64,000 nucleotides of DNA. It comes from Candidatus Omnitrophota bacterium. GTDB taxonomy: Bacteria > Omnitrophota > Gorgyraeia > Tantalellales > Tantalellaceae. The first letter of the stretch is position 1, and the number at the start of each line of letters is the position of its first letter. The notes under the pieces are model-generated. The model was given only the letters and a program-made list of their open reading frames with translations, searched no databases and was not told where the DNA came from. This document shows positions 18,750 through 28,577 of this stretch, piece after piece. The position numbers and the translations under genes are program-made. The DNA is taken from the NCBI GenBank assembly GCA_043813915.1, contig JBDRKO010000001.1:64835-128834 (forward strand), in the 5' to 3' direction.

Positions 18750-20498
18750 TTACATGTTGAACCCTGTTTCTTTGAACTCTTTAACCAGCCATTCTTTTTT
18801 CACGCCTATGTCTATATGGTCCCAAGGCAGTATATCGTCCGTTCTGAATCTCTTCTCGGCGCATCCCCTCATATCGAGGCCTTCCGACCGAAAGGCTTCA
18901 TCCCATATTCCGGCGTTAAAAAATTCCGTCCAACCGTCCATTTTAGCCCCGTTCTTCCACGCGGCGTGGATAACGCGGGAGGTCTTTCTGTTCCCCCTTG
19001 CCATGGCCGCTTCCAATATGGACTGCCGGATACCGCTGAACTCGACCTTTATTTTTCTGGTGTTTCCCCTCATAAGCTCTCTCCGGCTCTCTCCCAGGCT
19101 TTCTTCGTTCTTCATCCCGAGCCATTGCATAGCGGTATGCGCCTTGGGCACGAAGGCGTTCACGCTGACCTTTACCTCGGCGCTCGATGACGAGATATCC
19201 TTCTTTAGTCCCGATAGTGTTCTCGCCAATTCAAGTATTTTCCGGGCTTCGTCCGTTCCGCTCCCCGGAAAACCTACCATGAAATACAGTTTTATCTTCT
19301 GCCACCCGTGCCGGAAAGCTTCTTGGGCTGATCTGCAGAGAACGGTCGGATCTATCTCCTTGGCCAAAGCTCTGCGGATCTCGGGATCCGGAGATTCTAC
19401 GGCAAAGGTCAACCCGGCTTTTCTTACGGCGGCTATCATTTCCGGAATAGCGTAGAAGGCTTTGTCTATCCTTAGAGAGGGAATAGATAGACCCACGCCT
19501 TTTCCCTTGAACTCTTCCGCTAACATTTCCACTAATTCCGCTAAACGCGGGTAGTTCACGCTGGAAAGAGAAAGAAGCGCTATCCTCTCATACCCTGTAT
19601 TAGCGTAAGTCTTGCGGCAGATATCAACTATTTTTTTTGGAGAACGCAGACGTACGGGACGGTTTATTGTCGAGGCCTGGCAGAAACGGCAACTGTTAGG
19701 ACAGCCCCTCATTATTTCTACCGCCATTCTGTCATGCACGGTCTGTACCAGGGGCACCAGCTGTCTGACCGGATAATACGCGTTCTCCATGCTTTCTACA
19801 AAGCTCCGTTCTACTTCCCGAGGAACACCGCTCTCAACGGGCCTTACGCCTTTATATTCCGATCCGGCATATGTCTCTTCATAGAACCGCGGCACATATA
19901 CGCCCTTTATTTTGGAAAGATCTTTCAACACGTCCCGTCTTTTTTTCCCGGTTTTCTTTGCCTCGGCATAGGCTCTGATAAGTTCCGGCAGCGCCTCTTC
20001 TCCGTCACCGATGACCATCGCGTCAAGGAAAAGGCTCATCGGTTCGGGATTACTGCAGCACGCGCCGCCCGCGATAACTATAGGCTCATCCTCCCCTCGA
20101 TCGGAAGAAAGGATATTTATCCCTCCCAGATGGAGTATGTTAAGGACATTCGTATACGTAAGTTCATAAGACAGCGAGAACCCCACGATATCGAACTCAT
20201 TGGCGGGTCTTTTTGTTTCTAGGCTGAAAAGACGCATCCCGCCGGCCTTGAGTTCTTCTTCCATATCCGGCCATGGCGCGAACATTCTTTCGCATACGGC
20301 GCTCGCCATATCATTGACCAGATGATAAAGCACCTTCAGACCGAGATAGCTCATGCCCACTTCGTATGTGTCGGGATAAGAAAGCAGGACCGACGTCATC
20401 CCCGGGCCGTGTTCTTTCCGGACACTGTTCGTCTCGCATCCTATATACCTGCCGGGTTTCCGGACTCTGGTAAGCATGTCTTTCAGTTTGTCATTCAT
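18750..20498 (-). CDS. TIGR03960-family B12-binding radical SAM protein
   Basis: KPGRYIG.E, YPDTYEVGMS.LG, ERMFAPWPDME, RGCPNSCRFCQA, LPWDHID. Start re-called at ATG 20498; the ORF-track N-terminal extension is translated repeat DNA. Confidence 0.93.
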   Translation of the reverse strand: MNDKLKDMLTRVRKPGRYIGCETNSVRKEHGPGMTSVLLSYPDTYEVGMSYLGLKVLYHLVNDMASAVCERMFAPWPDMEEELKAGGMRLFSLETKRPANEFDIVGFSLSYELTYTNVLNILHLGGINILSSDRGEDEPIVIAGGACCSNPEPMSLFLDAMVIGDGEEALPELIRAYAEAKKTGKKRRDVLKDLSKIKGVYVPRFYEETYAGSEYKGVRPVESGVPREVERSFVESMENAYYPVRQLVPLVQTVHDRMAVEIMRGCPNSCRFCQASTINRPVRLRSPKKIVDICRKTYANTGYERIALLSLSSVNYPRLAELVEMLAEEFKGKGVGLSIPSLRIDKAFYAIPEMIAAVRKAGLTFAVESPDPEIRRALAKEIDPTVLCRSAQEAFRHGWQKIKLYFMVGFPGSGTDEARKILELARTLSGLKKDISSSSAEVKVSVNAFVPKAHTAMQWLGMKNEESLGESRRELMRGNTRKIKVEFSGIRQSILEAAMARGNRKTSRVIHAAWKNGAKMDGWTEFFNAGIWDEAFRSEGLDMRGCAEKRFRTDDILPWDHIDIGVKKEWLVKEFKETGFNM

Positions 20499-20529
20499 GA
20501 GTTCCTTGTGGTGCTTGGTAATAAAAATA

Positions 20530-20813
20530 GCATAGGGCAAAGCGCATAGAGCACAGCATATAGGTTTGTCGGGTTTGTGGAGTTTGTAGAGTTTATTGGG
20601 TCGTATTGACCGATGCCCCATTCGTGACTCGTGATCCGTGATTCGTGATTCGTTCACTACTTTTTGACACTCTGACACTTTGACACTCTGACTCTTTCTC
20701 TACCCTCGCGCTTCTCCTTCCGCTACGAACTATTTAACCTTTAAAACTTTTTAACTTTTCAAACTGCTCTCTCTCTGACCTCTGTCTTCTGACTTCTGTC
20801 TTCTGATTTCTGA
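20530..20813. repeat. Mosaic short tandem repeat island A
   Basis: Consecutive arrays on the plus strand: gcatagg/gcaaagc, 9-mer gagtttgta ending gtattgac, tcgtgat, tgacact(c/t), ctacgaa, aaactttt, tctgact/tctgtct. Confidence 0.9.
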
Positions 20814-20817
20814 TCCC

Positions 20818-21912
20818 TCACCTATGCACTCTCCTGCTGATGCTCAGAAGCAGGCCTATGCCGAGAAAGGTGACTATGGTATTGGACCCTCCGTAGCTGA
20901 TCGCGGGCAGAGGGAGGCCCACAACAGGCATCAGCCCTATGGTCATAGAGACATTGACTATTACCTGAAACGCTATCAATGTAACGACCCCGACAGCTAT
21001 CGCTTTCCCGTAGATGTCAGGCACATCATGCGCGATCTTTATCCCTCTCCATATGATGACCGCGTAAAGGCCCAGAAGCATCATCGCTCCTATGAAACCC
21101 CATTCTTCACCGATCACGGAAAAGATGAAATCCGTATGGCGTTCGGGCAGGAACCTAAGATAATTCTGCGTACCATTGAGCCATCCTTTCCCGAAAATAC
21201 CGCCCGACCCTATGGCTATTTTGGACTGTATTATCGTATACCCGGCCCCCAAAGGATCAAGGTTCGGATTTATAAAAACAAGCAGACGGTTCTTTTGATA
21301 ATCCTTAAGCAGCAGCCAGAGTACCGGCAAACTGAAAAAACCTAAGGACATTACGGATACCAGATGTTTTACGCGGGCCCCGCAGGCGAATAACATAGCG
21401 CAGGCTATAGGCGCGAGCACTATCGCCGTTCCCAGGTCGGGCTGCATGAATATCAGTAATGCCGCCGGCAGGACCAAGAGAAGCGCTTTGATAAAAGTCC
21501 CCAGCGATCCTATCTTCTCCCTTCTTTCCCCTAAAAAATACGCCAGCGCCAAGATGACCGTTATCTTCACGAATTCCGAGGGTTGCAGAGATACCGGGCC
21601 CAAAGTGATCCATCTTCTCGCGCCGTACCTTTCCCCGCCAAAGAGAAGCAATAATATCAGCGCCGCGATATTCAGAGCGTATGCCGCATACCCGAGATCA
21701 AGTATTTTCAGATAATCCATTCTCGAGATCACGAGCAGTATGAACAGACCCGTTATCACCCACGCGGTCTGTTTTATGACAAGGGCGCTGATCCCCCCGC
21801 CGCCCGCAAGACTGCTGGTAGCGGAATATACGAACGCGATCCCAAGCACGGAAACCAGGACCGCCGCGCCGCATAATATTTTATCCATCCTGCCGAGTTT
21901 TTCTTTTTTCAT
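20818..21912 (-). CDS. rodA: Rod shape-determining SEDS protein RodA
   Basis: GARRW, LQPSEFVK, QPDLGT, DPLGAGY..IQSKIAIGSGG, LPERHTDFIFS, SYGGS. Confidence 0.97.
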   Translation of the reverse strand: MKKEKLGRMDKILCGAAVLVSVLGIAFVYSATSSLAGGGGISALVIKQTAWVITGLFILLVISRMDYLKILDLGYAAYALNIAALILLLLFGGERYGARRWITLGPVSLQPSEFVKITVILALAYFLGERREKIGSLGTFIKALLLVLPAALLIFMQPDLGTAIVLAPIACAMLFACGARVKHLVSVMSLGFFSLPVLWLLLKDYQKNRLLVFINPNLDPLGAGYTIIQSKIAIGSGGIFGKGWLNGTQNYLRFLPERHTDFIFSVIGEEWGFIGAMMLLGLYAVIIWRGIKIAHDVPDIYGKAIAVGVVTLIAFQVIVNVSMTIGLMPVVGLPLPAISYGGSNTIVTFLGIGLLLSISRRVHR

Positions 21913-21927
21913 GTATATCCGTGTTCG

Positions 21928-23646
21928 TTAAAGCAGCCCTAATTCCGCCGCGCGCTGAAAAACCTTTCCCGCTGTCTCCGCGGCATAATATCCTCCGCGC
22001 CCTCCGTATTCATCAAAAACAACAATGGCCAGTTTAGGGTCTTCGGCGGGAGCAAAGCCGGAAAACCATCCGTGACTGCTTTTTCTGGATGTCTGCGCGG
22101 TCCCTGTTTTGCCCGCTACAGTGATCCCTTCGATCTTAGCTTTCATCCCGGTCCCATGAACATCATTAACGACTTTTCTCAAACCTTCCTTTACCGCATT
22201 AAGATTCTCCCGAGAAAACCCCAGATCCACGGATCTCTGCGCGTTGACCCTGACCCCGCCGATATCCTTCACAAGAAAAGGCGAGACAAGCTGACCCCCG
22301 TTAGCGAATACGGACATCATACGCACGACCTGCAGCGGAGAACATAAAAGATATCCCTGCCCTATGGAATAGTTCACCGTATCACCTTTATACCATTTTT
22401 GGTTCAGCTTCCTGCTTTTCCAAGCGGCCGACGGCACGGTCCCTTCCTTTTCTCCGGGGAGGTCTATGCCGGTCTTTTCCCCTAACCCTAATTTTTTCGA
22501 GAATACCGCTATCTTCTCTCCCCCCAGTAAAAGACCCGTCCTGAAAAAATACACATTGCACGAACCTTTTATTGCCTCAAGCAGAGATACCGTTCCATGT
22601 CCGTTCTTACGCCAGCAGTTGAATACCGCCTTCCCCAACGTCAGTTGCCCCGAACATGAAAATTCCGTTCCCGGAACGATGGTCCCTGTCTCCAGGGCCG
22701 CTATCGCCGTTACCGCTTTAAATACCGAACCCATCGGGTAAACCCCGGAAACGGCCCTGTTCAAAAGAGGATAATCCCGGGAGTTAAGCAGCTCCCTTAC
22801 GCTTTTTTCTCCGGAACGTTCTATGAACACATTGGGATCGTATCCCGGGGCGCTGGCCATGGCTATGACCTCTCCCGTATTGGGATCCATGACGATTATG
22901 ACCCCCTTTTTACCTTCAAGCAGTTTGTCGCAATACATCTGAAGGTCTATATCTATCGTAAGCCTTAGATCCTTTCCGGGCAAGGGTTCTCTGAATCCCA
23001 ACATATTCACTTCACGGCCCCGATGATCCACTTCTACCTGTTTTCCCCCGTGCCTTCCCCTAAGATAATCATCGTAGTATTTTTCGACTCCGTCCCTTCC
23101 CATTCGGTCGTTTATCTTATACCCGTAAGTCCTGAGTTTGTCGAATTCGTAGCGGTTGATATACCCGATATAACCCAAAACGGACGCGGCAGATCGCCCC
23201 TTAAGATACTCTCTTTTTGCCGACACTTCCACGAAAAGGCCGGGATATTCCCCGGACAATTCTTCTATCTGTATGGCTTTTTCCATTCCGACGTTCTGCG
23301 CGAGGCATGAAGTGACGTAAGGTTCTTTCCCTGCTTCCGCTAAAAGGGAAAGGATCTCTTCTTCGGGTATCGTCAAAGAAGAACTGAGAAATTCTGTCAG
23401 AGCCTCTTTGTTCTTTATCCTGCTGTATATTACGGAAATTTCAAAAGAAAGGATATCCTTGACCAGAGGTTTACCGTTTCGGTCGGAGATACTTCCTCTG
23501 GGGGCCATTAAAGGCACGACCTTAAGCCTGTTCTCTTCCGACATTACCCTGTATTTCTCGTGACGGAATACCTGTACATACGCGAGTCCCGCTGATAACG
23601 CCAGCATACAAACTCCCAGGACTAAAGAAAATATCCTGATCCTCAT
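21928..23646 (-). CDS. mrdA: Penicillin-binding protein 2
   Basis: APRG.I.DRNG, SxxK (GSVFK), SCN, KTGT; in the mre operon. Confidence 0.96.
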   Translation of the reverse strand: MRIRIFSLVLGVCMLALSAGLAYVQVFRHEKYRVMSEENRLKVVPLMAPRGSISDRNGKPLVKDILSFEISVIYSRIKNKEALTEFLSSSLTIPEEEILSLLAEAGKEPYVTSCLAQNVGMEKAIQIEELSGEYPGLFVEVSAKREYLKGRSAASVLGYIGYINRYEFDKLRTYGYKINDRMGRDGVEKYYDDYLRGRHGGKQVEVDHRGREVNMLGFREPLPGKDLRLTIDIDLQMYCDKLLEGKKGVIIVMDPNTGEVIAMASAPGYDPNVFIERSGEKSVRELLNSRDYPLLNRAVSGVYPMGSVFKAVTAIAALETGTIVPGTEFSCSGQLTLGKAVFNCWRKNGHGTVSLLEAIKGSCNVYFFRTGLLLGGEKIAVFSKKLGLGEKTGIDLPGEKEGTVPSAAWKSRKLNQKWYKGDTVNYSIGQGYLLCSPLQVVRMMSVFANGGQLVSPFLVKDIGGVRVNAQRSVDLGFSRENLNAVKEGLRKVVNDVHGTGMKAKIEGITVAGKTGTAQTSRKSSHGWFSGFAPAEDPKLAIVVFDEYGGRGGYYAAETAGKVFQRAAELGLL

Positions 23647-23649
23647 GGA

Positions 23650-24141
23650 TTATAGACCCGCCCTTTTGTCTTCCAAACCCAGCTCTCTGCTCAATATGAA
23701 AAAGCATATCGGCGCGCACGCCACGGTTGCCGACAAAGTTCTCCAACTCATCAATAGCTCTTTCAGCACACTCGCGTCATTACCGTAAACTCTGTTAAAG
23801 ATAAGTATGTGCGCCGCCAGGACAACGCAGACGGCTATAGCTGTTACCATGGCCTGAGCTATGGGATTATACCTGTAGAATATCCGTCCCTCAAAAAAGC
23901 CCATTGCTCCTATCAAAGGAAAAATAAAAATATCCGTTCCGAGAGTCCCGAAAGAAAGGCTTCCGCGCATGAAAGCGGCGATAAAAGCGAATATCATGGC
24001 TTCCGCTACGCCCCGGAACATACCCGAGAAAACCACCAAGAGTATCATCAGGTCGGGCATCCAGGGAAACCCTTTGAAAAATGTTGTCTGCAATACCGCG
24101 GCGAGGACAAGAAGGACATATAGAGACACGGTCTTTTTCAT
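23650..24141 (-). CDS. mreD: Rod shape-determining protein MreD
   Basis: Hydrophobic multi-TM protein with PDL motif, between mreC and mrdA. Confidence 0.85.
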   Translation of the reverse strand: MKKTVSLYVLLVLAAVLQTTFFKGFPWMPDLMILLVVFSGMFRGVAEAMIFAFIAAFMRGSLSFGTLGTDIFIFPLIGAMGFFEGRIFYRYNPIAQAMVTAIAVCVVLAAHILIFNRVYGNDASVLKELLMSWRTLSATVACAPICFFILSRELGLEDKRAGL

Positions 24142-24175
24142 ATTGAAAAGCTAAAAGATGACAAACATTCCATTG

Positions 24176-24958
24176 TTAGTTCTCTTTGACGCACAGCACT
24201 TCTTCCTGAGCAAGCGGATCCGCGTAGGGCTCTATTCCCGCGCGTTTATACATGCCGGTCTTACTTCTCGTGACCTCGGTGACCCGTCCCATTATTATGC
24301 CTTTAGGGAATATACTGCTGTAATCCGATGTCAGGACGATGGCGCCCGTCCTCACTTCAGCGTCTACGGGAAGGTACAGCATATTCGCTTTTCCTTTACC
24401 CGCCCCGGTAACGATGCCGTTTATGCTCGTATTCTTTATCTTTCCTCCGGACTTAAAGGACGGATGGCTGATCAGCATGACCGAACTAGTGCTCTCCGAC
24501 ACCTCCGCGATCTTGCCAAGAAGCCCCTGAAAAGAACACACGGCGGAATCTTTCTTTATTCCATCCCTGCTTCCTTTGTCAATAACGAACGTTCCCACCC
24601 AATCGTTGGGATCTCTCGCGATTATCCCCGCGGAGACGGTATTCAGACCCGATGTCTTCTTGAACTCTAAAAGTTTTCTCAGACGCGTATTCTCTTCCCT
24701 AAGCTGTTTGAACTGAACCACCCTCAATGACATTTCCGCGAGATCTTTTCTCAGGACACGATTGTCCTCTTCCAGATCAGCTTTTCTGCGGAAATATACA
24801 CCGGCACCCCTCAAGAACCTTGACGGGGCGGAAACCATGGAGATCGTTGATCTTTTTATGAAAGTGTATACGGGCGGAAGAGAAAGGAATATCACTATCG
24901 CCGCGATAAGCAACGCGGCAAACATACGGGGCTTTTCTTTTTTATTGATCCTAGGCAC
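24176..24958 (-). CDS. mreC: Rod shape-determining protein MreC
   Basis: LREENTRLRKLL, IDKGSRDGI, GLLGKI, IFPKGI. Confidence 0.96.
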   Translation of the reverse strand: MPRINKKEKPRMFAALLIAAIVIFLSLPPVYTFIKRSTISMVSAPSRFLRGAGVYFRRKADLEEDNRVLRKDLAEMSLRVVQFKQLREENTRLRKLLEFKKTSGLNTVSAGIIARDPNDWVGTFVIDKGSRDGIKKDSAVCSFQGLLGKIAEVSESTSSVMLISHPSFKSGGKIKNTSINGIVTGAGKGKANMLYLPVDAEVRTGAIVLTSDYSSIFPKGIIMGRVTEVTRSKTGMYKRAGIEPYADPLAQEEVLCVKEN

Positions 24959-24975
24959 ATCGATTCATTCACGGA

Positions 24976-26037
24976 TCATTGCTGCAAACTGCGCGCAATG
25001 GTCAATCTTTTAAGATATTTGAGTTCGCTTAATACCTTTCCGGTTCCCAAGACTACCGCCGTCAAAGGATCATCCGCTATATGAACGGGAAGGCCGGTCT
25101 CTTCGGCCACAAGTTTATCTATTCCTCGGAGCAGCGCCCCGCCTCCGGCGAGTATCAGCCCTTTTTCTATAAGATCCGCCGAAAGTTCCGGAGGAGTGCG
25201 TTCCAGGGTTATCCTGACCGCCTCTATTATCTGAGCAATAGGTTCCGCCAGAGCCTCCCGGATCTCTTCGCTTGTTACCGTTATCTTTTTAGGAAGACCC
25301 GCGACAAGGTCGCGTCCCCGCACTTCCATAGTCATCTCTTCGTCCAGAGGATATCCCGATCCGATGGTGATCTTTATCTCTTCGGCCGTTCTCTCTCCTA
25401 TCATCAGATTATAGGTACGTTTCAGATAGTTGATTATAGCTTCGTCCATCTCGTCCCCGCCTATGCGGATAGATTTGGAGAACACAACCCCGGCCAGGGA
25501 TATGACGGCCATTTCTGTCGTTCCTCCGCCGATATCGATGATCATGTTGCCGGACGGCTCCTGTATCGGAAGGCCTACCCCGATCGAAGCGGCTACCGGC
25601 TCTTCCAGCATAAAGACCTCTCTCGCTCCCGCGTGAAGCGCCGAATCTTTAACGGCCCTTTTCTCCACTTCCGTTATCCCCGAAGGGATCGCTATGATCA
25701 CTCTCGGCCTCACTAACCTTCGCGAGTTATGCACCTTCTTTATGAAATATCTCAGCATACATTCGGTTATCTCAAAGTCCGCGATAACACCGTCTCTCAT
25801 CGGACGTATCGCTACGATATTTCCCGGGGTCCTTCCCAGCATGCGCTTAGCTTCTTCGCCCACGGCAAGCACGTTGGTCGTTCCCGCCTCGACGGCGACA
25901 ACGGAAGGTTCACACAGGACTATCCCCTCGTTCTTGATATATACCAAAGTCGAGGCTGTCCCCAGATCAATGCCCATGTCGCTCGAGAACATTCCGAGAA
26001 TATTGTCAAAAAAAGTCTCTAATCGCTTTCTTATCAT
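24976..26037 (-). CDS. mreB: Rod shape-determining actin homolog MreB
   Basis: [35 protein letters not shown]. Confidence 0.99.
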   Translation of the reverse strand: MIRKRLETFFDNILGMFSSDMGIDLGTASTLVYIKNEGIVLCEPSVVAVEAGTTNVLAVGEEAKRMLGRTPGNIVAIRPMRDGVIADFEITECMLRYFIKKVHNSRRLVRPRVIIAIPSGITEVEKRAVKDSALHAGAREVFMLEEPVAASIGVGLPIQEPSGNMIIDIGGGTTEMAVISLAGVVFSKSIRIGGDEMDEAIINYLKRTYNLMIGERTAEEIKITIGSGYPLDEEMTMEVRGRDLVAGLPKKITVTSEEIREALAEPIAQIIEAVRITLERTPPELSADLIEKGLILAGGGALLRGIDKLVAEETGLPVHIADDPLTAVVLGTGKVLSELKYLKRLTIARSLQQ

Positions 26038-26116
26038 ATTGACCGTTCCTTTTTAAAAATAGATAGGATTATTTTCTTAATAGAAATAAACGGTGTTCTG
26101 TCGTGATTTACCAAGA

Positions 26117-26144
26117 TAGTATCAGATATCAAAATTAAAGTCAA
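26117..26144 (-). promoter_or_regulatory. Putative promoter of the mre operon
   Basis: Minus strand TTGACT-N17-TACTAT with an A/T-rich upstream region; coordinates approximate. Confidence 0.5.
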
Positions 26145-26197
26145 ACTTTTTTATTTTAATATGGGCTTTTTCTAAGACTGTCTCTTTGAAGTGTTTG

Positions 26198-26223
26198 CAG
26201 TTTTTAGTATATACTAAAAACTG
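26198..26223. repeat. Perfect 26-bp AT-rich palindrome
   Basis: CAGTTTTTAGTATATACTAAAAACTG equals its own reverse complement. Confidence 0.85.
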
Positions 26224-26233
26224 TTTCCGCCCC

Positions 26234-27523
26234 CTAGCGCCCGCTGATCTTCATCAGATCCACGTAAAATCCGGGATAGGAGGTATTAACGCAGTCCACG
26301 TCCTCAACAGTCAGGCCTTTATCGGAAAAAAGTGACGCAACGGCCATTGTCATAGCTATCCGGTGATCTCCAAAACTCCTGACAACGGAAGGAACGATGC
26401 CCCTTTTCTTTCCCTCTATGACAATAACGTCTTTCTCTTCCGTTACGGCGATGCCGACGGCGCGGAGGTTCTCCTGCATGCTCTTTATACGGTCGCTCTC
26501 CTTGAATTTCAGCTCCGACGCGCCTTGTATCTCGGTCCGGCCTTCGGCCATACACGCCGCAAGCATTAGTATGGGAACTTCGTCTATCAATGATGGGATC
26601 TCCTCCGGGCGCACTCGGGTTCCCTTGAGCCCGGACGATACTATACGTATGTTCCCGCAGGGTTCAAGACCGTCCGTCATATTGAATACTTCTATCCGCG
26701 CGCCCATCCGCTTAAGTACCTCTAAAATACCCGTTCTCGTAGGGTTAAGCCCCACGTTCTTAAGCGTCACGTCGGATCCGTCCCTTAAAAGCGCGGCTAC
26801 TATAAAGAACGCCGCGCTGGATATGTCGCCCGGCACATCCACATCACGCGGGACCAACTCTCTCCCTCCTCCGATGGATACGGCCGGCCCTTTCCGCTCT
26901 ATATCCGCGGAAAAGAATTCAAGCATCCTTTCCGTATGGTCTCTGGAAAGAAATCTTTCCGTGACGGTGGTTCTTCCCTCGGCGTACATACCCGCTGAAA
27001 GTATACAGGACTTTACCTGAGCGCTGGCTATCGGCATGTCATATTGCATAGGAAGAAGAGGTCCTTTTTTGCCGTATATACAAAGAGGCGGATATCCTCC
27101 GCGTGAATCTATCTTCGCACCCATCCGGCCTAAAGGCCCCAAAATGCGTTCCATGGGCCGACCCGCGAGAGACGCGTCTCCTCTTAGACACACATCGAAA
27201 CCCTGTCCGGCCAATATCCCCGTGATTATTCTCATCGACGTCCCGGAATTCCCGAGGTAGAGGTCTTCTGAAGGCGCGCGCAACCCTTTCAGCCCTTTGC
27301 CCTTCACTATGACCGAAAGTTTTTCGCGCTTTATGTCTACCCCCATGGAAACGAACGCGTTGAGCGTAGACAGACAGTCCTCACCCGATAAGAAATTATT
27401 TATTTTGCATTCTCCCGACGCGATCGCTCCGAACATAACGGCCCTGTGAGATATGCTCTTATCGGGAGGAACAACGATCTCGCCTTTGAGGGCTTTACGA
27501 GACCCTCCTATTTTCCAATCCAT
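26234..27523 (-). CDS. aroA: EPSP synthase (class II-like)
   Basis: PDKSISHRA, GNSGTSMR, SAQVKS, RDHTERML, PGDISSAAF, KESDR, DHRIAM. Confidence 0.98.
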   Translation of the reverse strand: MDWKIGGSRKALKGEIVVPPDKSISHRAVMFGAIASGECKINNFLSGEDCLSTLNAFVSMGVDIKREKLSVIVKGKGLKGLRAPSEDLYLGNSGTSMRIITGILAGQGFDVCLRGDASLAGRPMERILGPLGRMGAKIDSRGGYPPLCIYGKKGPLLPMQYDMPIASAQVKSCILSAGMYAEGRTTVTERFLSRDHTERMLEFFSADIERKGPAVSIGGGRELVPRDVDVPGDISSAAFFIVAALLRDGSDVTLKNVGLNPTRTGILEVLKRMGARIEVFNMTDGLEPCGNIRIVSSGLKGTRVRPEEIPSLIDEVPILMLAACMAEGRTEIQGASELKFKESDRIKSMQENLRAVGIAVTEEKDVIVIEGKKRGIVPSVVRSFGDHRIAMTMAVASLFSDKGLTVEDVDCVNTSYPGFYVDLMKISGR

Positions 27524-27596
27524 TGAAGCTCCTTGGAGTTTGTTTTAGTATAGAATATAAGGTATATCGAGTAACGTTAAATGCTTCCCTTGCAAA

Positions 27597-27626
27597 GGGG
27601 ACACTTCCCTTCGGGAGGATGTCCCC
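27597..27626. repeat. REP-like GC hairpin
   Basis: GGGGACACTTCCC-TTC-GGGAGGATGTCCCC, between rluD and aroA. Confidence 0.6.
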
Positions 27627-27659
27627 ATATCCTTGGCATGCGGAAGTTGGTTCTCCCAC

Positions 27660-28577
27660 TTAACCCTTAATTCTCTCTTCCTCGTCTCTTACCACCTTTT
27701 TCATGTCCTCGGGTACCGGCGCGGTAAACTCCATGGCCTTACCCGTGTCCGGATGAGAGAACCTCAGGCTCTCGGCATGCAATGCCTGCCGGGGCATACC
27801 TTGAGGGTATCCGTATTTCGCGTCACCAAGCAGCGGATGCCCGATATGCTTCATGTGCACTCTCAGCTGATGCGTCCTTCCCGTTTTAGGCTCTAACCTC
27901 AGGACCGTGAACTTCTCATACCGCTTGATCACATGATAAACGGTACAGGCTTCTTTACCCGATACCATGTCTATATCCATTTTTTTTCTGTCCATCACGC
28001 TTCTTGCCAGAGGAACGTCCACGATCCCGTTATCCAGCTCGACTTTTCCTTTGACTAAAGCGATATATGTCTTCTTCACCGTCCTGGCCAGGAACTGTTT
28101 AGAAATAGATCTTAAGGCGCGTTCTGTCTTGGCCGCGACTATTACCCCCGACGTATCTTTATCCAAACGATGAACTATACCCGGCCTCGTCTCATCTCCC
28201 GTATTTGCCATTTTTCCGCAATGAAAAAGAAGCGCGTTCACAAGCGTCCCTTTTTTGTTGCCTGAACCGGGGTGCACGACCATCCCCGCGGGTTTGTTCA
28301 ACACGATAAAACTTGCGTCCTCGTAAAGCACTTCCAAAGATATCTCTTCGGGCTCCGCGTAATGATCTTCCGCGGGAGAAAGCTCCATAACGACCCTATC
28401 CCCCGATGATACCGAATACCGGGGTTTGACCTTACTGTCATTGACGGTAACAAGACCTTTATCTATCATTTGTTTCGCATATGTACGGGAATACTCCGCT
28501 CCCAGCCGGACAGCCACGACCTTGTCTATGCGCTCATCGGCCATTTGCGGCTCAACTATGAACTCGATCTTTTCCAT
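27660..28577 (-). CDS. rluD: RluA-family 23S rRNA pseudouridine synthase (RluD-like, S4 domain)
   Basis: NKPAGMVVHP, HRLDKDTSG, TGRTHQLRVH, QALHA. Confidence 0.93.
   Translation of the reverse strand: MEKIEFIVEPQMADERIDKVVAVRLGAEYSRTYAKQMIDKGLVTVNDSKVKPRYSVSSGDRVVMELSPAEDHYAEPEEISLEVLYEDASFIVLNKPAGMVVHPGSGNKKGTLVNALLFHCGKMANTGDETRPGIVHRLDKDTSGVIVAAKTERALRSISKQFLARTVKKTYIALVKGKVELDNGIVDVPLARSVMDRKKMDIDMVSGKEACTVYHVIKRYEKFTVLRLEPKTGRTHQLRVHMKHIGHPLLGDAKYGYPQGMPRQALHAESLRFSHPDTGKAMEFTAPVPEDMKKVVRDEEERIKG

Noticed and set aside
20499-20678. N-terminal extension of the radical SAM ORF (HESRITDHES)
   Set aside because: Translated heptamer and 9-mer repeats; family similarity starts at MNDKLKDML.
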